Source: Eimeria praecox
Taxonomy: Eukaryota
Direction: 5' to 3'
NCBI GenBank assembly: GCA_963920595.1
Contig: OY986947.1
Span: forward strand, 3,472,001-3,536,000
DNA: 64,000 nt
In this document: piece after piece, positions 55,148 to 64,000 of the stretch
Position numbering within the stretch: the stretch's first letter is position 1
How the letters are laid out: every line of letters begins with the position of its first letter
Notes under the pieces: model-generated
Databases searched by the model: none
Told to the model about the DNA's origin: nothing
What the model saw: only the letters and a program-made list of their open reading frames with translations
Program-made: the position numbers and the translations under genes

Positions 55148-55653
55148 GAGCGCAGCAGCTGGGGTGAGGACAACAGGAGTGGAGACGCCTACTTCAGCAG
55201 CAGCAGCAGCAGCAGCAGAAGCAGGAGAGACAGCAGCCGCAGAGACAGAGACAGGCCCGTAGGGGATTCATCATACCCTCCTGCTGCTGCTGCAGCAGCA
55301 GCAGCAGCAGCAGCAGATAACGGTAGAGACAGAAGAGATAGGTGGGGCTCATTCAGCAGACACAGAGACAGAGATAGAGACAGAGACAGAGACAGAGACA
55401 GAGACAGAGACAGGGTCTCTAATGATGATGCGTATGGATATACAGCAGAAACTAGAGACAGGGGACATGCAAGATCTGGGGGGCCCCGCAGCAGCAGCAG
55501 CAGCAGCAGCAGCAGGTTGCGGCAGCCGTACGGTCGTGGGGGAGAAGCAGGTGCAGCAGCAGCAGCAGCAGCAGCAGCACATGATCGATACAGGAGCTGC
55601 AGCAGCGAGCGGAGGGTTTCTCCTTACTATGGCGGGCCTCGAAGGCTTTCGCA

Positions 55654-55688
<35 letters not shown>

Positions 55689-55825
55689 TGCATGCAGCAC
55701 CTTCCAGCAGAGGAGGGCCTCCTCCTTATCGTCGGGGCCCGTCATTTGCTGCTGCTGCTGCTGCTGCTGCTGAGGGTGTGGGGCGCTCCCGAAGCAGAGA
55801 CGGATATAGATATTCGCATCATCAT

Positions 55826-55857
<32 letters not shown>

Positions 55858-56102
55858 GCAGCATGATATGCATGCAGCAGGGTTTAGAGACCGAGACAGA
55901 GGCGCTTCGCGTGGGGGTGTGGGGCGTGCGTATGACTGGAGAGCAGCAGCAGCAGCACCAACAGCAGCAGCAGCAGGACCTGCTGCTGCTGCTGCTGCTG
56001 CTGCTGAAGGGAAGAGTCAAGACTGGTATGGCTATGGAGACAATCAAAGAAGAGACAATCGAGGAAGCAACATGCAGCATCAGCAGAGGAGACAGTGGAG
56101 GG

Positions 56103-56138
<36 letters not shown>

Positions 56139-57083
56139 GTGGTCCTGCTGCTGCTGCTGCTGCTGCTGCTGCAGAAGGACGAAGAGACAGCAGAAGGAGA
56201 CAGACAGCTGAATACGTAGGAGACAGTCAATATTATTCTAATAGGGCCCTAAGTGTGGGGACAGATAGAAACAGAGACACGCGAGCCTCCTCGTGAGTCT
56301 GCTGCTGCTGCTGCTGTTGCTGCTGCTGTTGTTGCTGGTGCTGCTGCTGTTGTTGGTGGTGCTGCTGTTGTTGCTGGTGCTCCTGCTGTTGTTGCTGGTG
56401 ATGCTGCTGTTGTTGCTGGTGCTGCTGCTGTTGTTGCTGGTGCTGCTGCTGTTGTTGCTGGTGCTGCTGCTGTTGTTGCTGCTGCTGCTGCGTCGGGATG
56501 AGGCTTGTTCTGCATGTTTTGCTGCTGCTGCTATTGCTGCTGTTGCTGTTGTTGCTGTTGCTGCTGCGGGGGTATGGGGCTTGTTGTGCATGTGAGGCTG
56601 TTGCTGCTGCTGCTGCTGCTGTGTTGCTGCAGCAGCGGATGCGGCAGCAGAGAGACGAAGAGCCCCTGGGTAGTAAGCGATGAGGTGTACGTACAGCAGG
56701 AAGAAGAGAGTCAGCTGCTGCTGAATCTGCTGCAGCAGTTTGCTGCTGCTGTTCGAGAGACACAAATAAAACAACTTCGAGAAGATAAACAAAAACAAGA
56801 GAAATCGAAACAGCAGCAGCAGCAGCAGCAAGAGCAGCACAGCCGCAAGCAAGAGCAGCAGCAACAGCAGCAACTTAAGGAAGAGGAAGAGGAGACAGAA
56901 CAGCAGCAGCAGCAGCAAGCTCCTGCTGCTGCTGCTGCTGCTGCTGAGGGAAGCAGCCCGCAGCAGCAGGAAGACGAGAAAGAACAGCAGCAGCAGCAGA
57001 AACAGCAGCAGCAGCATGAGGAGCAGCAGCAGCAAGATATGCAGCAAGACCCCACAGAACAGCAGCACCACGAGACCCAAGAT

Positions 57084-57119
<36 letters not shown>

Positions 57120-57720
57120 TCTTCGAGTTCTGTGTGTAACGAAGGCGCAACACCAGCAGCAGCAGCAGCCCCATCAGCAGCAGGAGCAGCAGGAGCAGCA
57201 GCAGCAGCAGCAGCACCAGCAGCAGCAGCAGCAGCACGTATATCGTGGCCTTCGCGACTGCCCCGAGCATGGAGAGGAGGGTTAGGGCCTCGTGCTCGTA
57301 TTGTTTTGCTGCTTTCATCTCTCCCTAATCTTCGGGTGTATATACTCAGAGAATTGCTGCTGCAGCACTACAAGCGATGGAACAGCCCTCCATTCAACCT
57401 CCTCCTGAGTAAGTGCTGCTGCTGCTGCTGTTGCTGCTGCTGTTGCTGCTGCTGCTGTTGCTGCTGCTGCTGTTGTTGTTGTCGTTAGCCCTCCATTCAA
57501 CCTCCTCCTGAGTAGGTGCTGCTGCTGCTGTTGCTGCTGTTGCTGTTGCCGCTGCTGCTGTTGTTAGTCCTCCCTTCACTCTCCTTCTAAGCAATTGCTG
57601 TTGCTGCTGTTGCTGCTGCTGCTGCTGTTGTTGTTGTTGCTGGTGCTGCTGTTGTAGTTTGTAGTATTACATTGCTTCTTAACAACTGAATCTTAAAATA
57701 ACTCTGTCTCTGTCTCTCTG

Positions 57721-57766
<46 letters not shown>

Positions 57767-57952
57767 GGTGTCTGTCTCCTTTCAGGTGTATGTCCCTCGA
57801 GCGGGCGTTGCTGCGGTTGGGGTGTATTGATTCTACAATCTCCGGAGGCCGTCAGACTATTTCTACGATTGCCTGTCTTTGCTTGGGCCGTGGAGGATGC
57901 TGCAGAGACTCTGGCTTCATTAAGGAAGCAGCAGCAGCTGCTGCTGCTGCAG

Positions 57953-57993
<41 letters not shown>

Positions 57994-58449
57994 GAAAGAA
58001 CAGCAGCAACAGAAAGAACAGCAGCAGGGACAGACTCCTACTGCTACTCCTGCTGCTGCTGCTGCTGGTGTTGCTGCAGCAGCAGCACAAACTCCAGTAT
58101 CACCAGGCGATGTTGCATCTCCTTTAGCAGCAGCAGCAGCAGCAGCAACACCAGCAGCAGCAGCAGCAGCAGCAGATAGGAGACTGAAGGGAGAGAGATG
58201 CATGCAGATTCATTTGCTGCTGTGGCCTCAGGGGCAGCTACGCATATGCGCCCGCAGTCTGTGAGTCCTCTCTAGGGTTTAGGGTTTAGGGGTTAGGGGT
58301 TAGGGTTTAGGGTTTGATGGTTAGGGTTTAGGGTTTAGGGTTTAGGGTTTGATGGTTAGGGTTTAGGGTTTAGGGGGGGAGGGTGTTTGAATTTCTTTCT
58401 TCTGCCGCGGCTTTACATCCCAGCTTCTTGTGCTGCTGTTGCTGCTGCT

Positions 58450-58486
<37 letters not shown>

Positions 58487-58999
58487 CAGGGAGAGTGTGT
58501 CTTCCTTGATATGGAACGATGATTTGTGCTCTCGCCTCAGTCGAGATGCCCTCGAGGCTTCTCTTGTGTCTCCTTTGCTGCCAGACTCCCCTGCTGCTGC
58601 TGCTGCTGCTGCAGCAGCAGCAGCAGCAGACACAACAGCAGCAGCAGCAGCAGCAGAAGCAGAAGCAGAAATGAAGGGAATGGTTGCAGCAGTTGATGCT
58701 GCTGGCTTGGTATTACCTCGTGGGGGGCCGTTGCTGCCTGCTGCTGCTGCTGCAGCAGCAGCAAGAAACGAGTACGGTCTCCTTGCTGGAAGCAAGGTAC
58801 AGCGGAGCTGCTTGCTGCTGTTGCTGCTGCTGGTGTTGCTGCTGCTGCTGGTGTTGCTGCTGCTGTTGCTGCTGCCTGCTGGTGTTGGTGTTGCTGCTGC
58901 TGGTGGTGTTGCTGCTCTTGCTGCTGTTGCTGCTGCTGGTTTTGTTGCTGCTGCTGCTGGTGGTGGTGTTGCTGCTGCTTCTGCTGCTGTCAGTGCTTC

Positions 59000-59051
<52 letters not shown>

Positions 59052-59738
59052 TCTGTTTGTTATTAAGATGTGTATTCTTATGTTTGTCTGTTTGCTGCTG
59101 CAGCATTTGTATTTGAGTCTTCCCCCTGCTGCGCTGCAGCAGCTAGTACTCCAGGAAGCAACAGGTGCTGCTGAGGAGGAGACAGTTGCTGCAGCAGAGG
59201 CAGCAGCAGCAGCAGCAGCAGGAGGAGGAGCAGATACAGCAGCAGCAGCAGGGGACGCCAACGGCGCTGCAGCAGAAGAACATTATGCAGACACAAATGA
59301 AAAGAGCAGCAGCAGCAGCAACAGCAGCAACAGCAGCAGCAGCAGCAGCAATGTACAGGAGACAAAAGACGCAGCAGCAACACCCGCAGCAGCTGCAGCA
59401 GCAGCAACAGCAGCAACAGCAGCAGCAGCAGCAGCAGCAGAAGGGGCTGTGCATGAAGGAGAAGCAGAAGTTGCTGTTAACTATGAGATTTTGCCGTCTG
59501 AAGGGGTTTGTCTTGCTGCTGCTGCTGCTGCTGCTGCAGCAGCAGCTGCTGCTGCTGCTGTGTCTGTTGCTGCTGCTGTGGCTATTGCTGCTGCTGTAGC
59601 TGTTGCTGCTGCTGTAGCTGCTGCTGCTGCTGCTGTCTGCTGCCTTTTTTGCTGCTGTTTGTATGTTTTTGAAGCTGTTAGCAGCCTTCATCTCTGTGCA
59701 ACCTTGTCTTGCTGCTGCTGCTCTTGCTGCTGCTGCTA

Positions 59739-59769
<31 letters not shown>

Positions 59770-59897
59770 AGGAGGAGACAGGGTGGTTCCCGTGGGGGTT
59801 GTTCTTGTCTATGGCTGCTAAACTGTCTGGGGCGTTTGCTTCTGAAGCTTTGAATCATACACTCAAACAGCTATTAGAAAAACAAACTGGTGAGGAG

Positions 59898-59949
<52 letters not shown>

Positions 59950-60600
59950 TTGGTGTTGCTGCGGGTTTGTCTCCTTTTGCTGCTGCTGCTGTTGTTGCTG
60001 CTGTTGTTCTCTGTTTATTTCATGTTGCTGCTGCTGCTGCTGCTGTCGTCTCTTTGCTGTTGTCTCTTTGTCTCCCTTTGCTGCTGCTGCTCTTGCTGCT
60101 GCTGCTCTTGCTGCTGTTGCTGCTGCTGTTGCTGCTGCTGTGGCTTGTGTGTCTCTTCTTCTGTATTCGATTTGTTTTCCTTTGTTTTTGTTTGTTTGAC
60201 TTTGTCTGTCTTTGTTGTCTCCCCTCATCTTCTTGATGCATTCGTGTTGCTGCTGTTGCTGCTGCTGCTGCTGCTGATTTGTGTGTGCTGCTGCTGCTGC
60301 TGCTGCTGCTGCAGCACGAGGTGTATATCCATCGGAGTGGCTGAGCTACGAAGGCTTCTACTTCCCAAATCAATTTTCTTTCTCAGCTCCCCCCACCGCA
60401 GCAGCAGCAGCAGCAGGAGCAGGTGATGCAGATACTGCTGCAGCTGCAGCAGCAGCAACAGCTGCTGCTGCTGCTCCTGCTGCTGCTGCTGAGGAGCTAG
60501 TTGCTGCAGGACATGTACTGCGTGTGCGTCATCTACCAAACATCCTTGCAGCTCATCTTCTTTCAAGGCTTGATGCTTTCCTTGCTTCCTTCGCCGTAAG

Positions 60601-60631
<31 letters not shown>

Positions 60632-61388
60632 GCTGCTGCTCTTGTTGTTGCTGTCGTTGCTGCTGCTGTTGTCTTTGTTGGTGTTGCTGCTGCTGCTGCG
60701 GCTGCTGCAGATCTTGATTTTAGCTGCAGATAGAAGCAGCTGCTGCTGCTCTCTCTGTGGCCGTTAGATTCCCTGCAGCAGCAGCAGCAGCAGCAAGAGC
60801 TGCTGTTGCTGCTGCTGTTGCTGCTGCTGCTGTTGCTTTGTGTGTGTTATTTGATGATGAATGTGGTGGGGTTGTTTCTTTGTTGCTGTTTGCTGCAGAG
60901 AGCAGAATATGGTGATGCTGCTGCTGCTGCACTGCAGCAGCAAATGTGTGGCTGGCAGCTGTTTGAATTCCCTGAGACTGCGAGGGCGAGAGGAGACGGT
61001 TAGCTGCTGCTGCTGCTGCTCTTGCTGCTGCTGCTGCTGCTCTTGCTGCTGCTGCTGCTGCTCTTGCTGCTGCTGCTGCTATTGTTGCGGCTTATGCAGG
61101 AGCTGCTGCTGATGCTGCTTTTACTGCTGCTGGTCGTGCTGCTGCTGCTGCTGCTGCTGTTTTTGCTGCTTCAAATCTCTCCCGTGCTGCTGCAGGGTCG
61201 GGTGTTGTTGCTGCTGTTGCTGCTGGAGCTGCTGTATCTGTTGCTGCTGCTGCTGCTGCTGCTTGATCTGCTGCTGCTTTGCTGCTGTGTTGCTGCTGCT
61301 GCAGGGTGGCTTCTGCTTCCGCAGTGTATGGACGCTGCTGCAGTTCTGAGGGCTATGAGTCGTGCTGCTATAGGGGCTCAACGCAGCA

Positions 61389-61421
<33 letters not shown>

Positions 61422-61574
61422 ATGCTTCAGGTGCAGCTTCAGGACGAGCAGCAGCAGCAGCAGGAGAGGCTGCAGCTGAGGAGACAGCAGCAGCAGCAGC
61501 AGCAGCAGCAGAAACTCACGGTGTCTTGCTGCCTGTCACTGCTTCCTGGTCTGCTTGTGTCGCCTCCTCCTCCC

Positions 61575-61618
<44 letters not shown>

Positions 61619-61950
61619 GAGGAAGTAGCTGAGCCTGTTATCCCTTCAGCTTACTTTGGTGTGTACCCTCTTCGTGTCTCTCGCTATTTGCTGCTGCGTG
61701 ATATTAAATATATTTGCTGCCTAGCAAATCATTTGCTGCTGCAGCTGCTGCATCTTATTGCTGCAGAAGACGCCATCAGCTGCTGCAGCAGCAGCAGCTG
61801 CAGCAGCAGCAGCAGCAGCAAGGGCTGCTGCTGCTGCGATAGCAGCAGCGAACCTCAGGGGTCGGAAGGACCCCGCTGTATCTGCAACAGCAGCTGCATC
61901 CCTAACCGCAGCAGCAACAGCAGCAGCAGCAACAACAGCAGCAACAACAA

Positions 61951-61985
<35 letters not shown>

Positions 61986-62091
61986 CGAGGGGACTGAAGT
62001 GTGGTGCTGCAGCAGATTGGATGAGTTTGCTGTCTCCTGTGTCTTTGCTGTCGCCCTTACCATTTGCTATTCCTCGCAGCAGCACCAGCGC

Positions 62092-62151
<60 letters not shown>

Positions 62152-62265
62152 GAGGCAGCAGCAGCGTCCCCCTTTCGTGTCTGCTGCACATTTCTTCGAT
62201 ACTTTCTTCTTTACTAAAGAAAACATATTCTGCCTCCCCCCCTTAGCTGCCTTCTTCGCCAAAGC

Positions 62266-62314
<49 letters not shown>

Positions 62315-62363
62315 GGGGCGACTGAGCCGGCGGAGCAGCAGCACGCTGCTTCGCCACAGCCGG

Positions 62364-62403
<40 letters not shown>

Positions 62404-62452
62404 TGAGGGCAAGGAGCTCGAGACTGCATGGAGACGACACGGGGGAACAGAG

Positions 62453-62495
<43 letters not shown>

Positions 62496-62991
62496 TGTAT
62501 GAGGTTATTGCACAACCATCTGCTGCAGATCTACACAGGCGTTTGCTTACGCCCGAGCTGCTGCTGCAGCTGCAGCAGCAACATATCTTCAGGTTCGGTT
62601 GCTTGCTTATATCTTCTTCCGCAGCAGCAGCAGCAGCAGCAGCAGCAGTTGCTGCTGCTGCTGCTGCTGCGAATGAACCTGCTGCTGCTGCTGCTGCTGC
62701 TACTACTACTTGTGCTGTTTTTGCTGTTGGCCTGTTACTGTGCTTCTATCATTCGTGTTGCTGCTGCTTCAGCTGCTGCTGCTGCTGCTGCTGCTAGTGT
62801 TTCTTTCTATGTTGCTTGTTATCTGCTGCGTGGCTGTCTCATCCTGCTGCTGCTGCTGTTGCTGCTGCTGTTGCTGCTGTTGCTGCTGCAGGTTTATACC
62901 TCTCTCTGTGTTTTTATTTACGCCTCATCATCGACGGCGAAGCCATTTCACAACTCCTGCTGCTGCGCTGCAGCATCGGAGAAGCACCCGA

Positions 62992-63026
<35 letters not shown>

Positions 63027-63353
63027 GCAGCACGGGCAGCAGCAGCTGCTGCAGCAGCAGGGACAGAAGGACTCGCCACAGCTACAGGAGGAGAGGCCGC
63101 AGCTGCTGCAGTCGGCGGTGCAGCAACACCCGCAGCAGGAAGCAGCACAGCACCAGCAGCAGCAGCAGCAGCCGCAACAGCCGCAACAGCAGGAGCAGCA
63201 GCAGCAGCAGCACGAGCAGCAGCTGCAGCAGCAGCAGCAGCAGCAGCAAACTTCAGATGTGTGTCAGGCAGCGAGCAATGGGGCTGCATGCGCGACAGAG
63301 GTTGCGGGCTTTTCTAAGGAGGCAGCAGACAGCGTATTGCAGCAGCAGCAGCA

Positions 63354-63387
<34 letters not shown>

Positions 63388-64000
63388 CAGCAGCAGCAGC
63401 AGCAGGAGCAGCAGCAGCAGGATACAGCGAAGGGAGACATTGCTTCTTCTTGTGGGGCGCAGAGTACACCTAACAAACAGCAGCAGCAGCAGCAGCAGCA
63501 GCAACAGCTGCTGCTGCTGCCAGAGCAGCATAAAGAGCAGCAGCAGGTGCTGCAGCACGAGCAGCAGGAACATATGAACGAAGACATGATGCAGCAGCAA
63601 GACATGCAGCAGCAGCAGCAGCAAGACATGCAGCAGCAGCAGCAGCAAGACATGCAGCAGCAGCAGCAAGACGCGCAGCAGCAGCAGCAGCAGCAGCAAG
63701 ACAAGCAGCAGCAACAAGACATGCAGCAGCTGCAGCAAGAGGAAGAGATGCAGCAAGATGTGCAGCAGCAGCAAGACCTGCAGCAGCAAGACATGCAGCA
63801 GCAGCAGCTGCTGCAGCAGCAGCAAGAGGAAAAGATACAGCAGCTACAGCAAGGCGAGTTGCAGCAGCATCCACAGCAAGAGCTACAGCAGCAGCAGCAG
63901 CAGCAGCAGCAAGAGCAGCAGCAGCAGCAGCAGCAGCAAGAGCTGCCAGCAGATCAACGGGAGACGTTGGCTTCGCTCCAGCAGCTGCTGCAGCAGCAAG
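53829..64000 (+). CDS. Large low-complexity protein with RD/RS-rich N-terminal region and two divergent RRM-like segments; 3' end beyond the window
   Basis: Exons 53829-53878, 54043-56292, 56633-57408, 57786-58260, 58490-58796, 59104-59505, 59772-59889, 60315-60595, 60899-60998, 61305-62592, 62892->64000 are in phase. RDRDRD tracts; RNP2/RNP1-like LLLSSLP...GRCCGWGVLIL and VLRVRHLP...ARGDGWLLL; last exon open in the poly-Q frame to the window end. Confidence 0.7.
58273..58375 (+). repeat. Intronic (TTTAGGG)n
   Basis: Direct reading. Confidence 0.9.

Noticed and set aside
6349..64000. Treating the eight genes as a functional cluster or novel system
   Set aside because: Functions are unrelated (trafficking GAP, Fe-S carrier, chaperone, ubiquitin pathway, energy sensing, RNA binding) and orientations alternate; this is ordinary eukaryotic gene order.

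Overview
Eukaryotic, intron-rich genomic DNA with the repeat signature of a coccidian apicomplexan, almost certainly Eimeria (dense CAG/CTG triplets, interstitial AAACCCT/TTTAGGG telomere-like heptamers, TGCATGCA and AGCT palindromic runs). Most long ORFs in the track are repeat read-through. Splicing exons by hand with phase checks gave eight protein-coding genes: an ELMO-domain (ELMOD-like) protein (+), a HesB/IscA/SufA A-type Fe-S carrier (-), an 80-aa single-TM microprotein missing from the ORF track (-), a multi-FKBP/TPR immunophilin with a GC-AG intron (+), NPL4 (-), a 12-exon hypothetical protein (+), a 4-CBS AMPK-gamma-like protein (-), and a large RD/RS-rich protein with divergent RRM-like motifs that runs off the right edge (+). 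I found no CRISPR array, RNA gene or recognisable mobile element, and no clear multi-gene novel system. The best leads are the hidden microprotein, two duplicated splice-site decoys, the CTG-to-CAG grammar at acceptors, polarised telomere-like arrays at a divergent promoter, and degenerate ligand-binding motifs in several proteins. Family assignments rest on motif recognition, not database searches.
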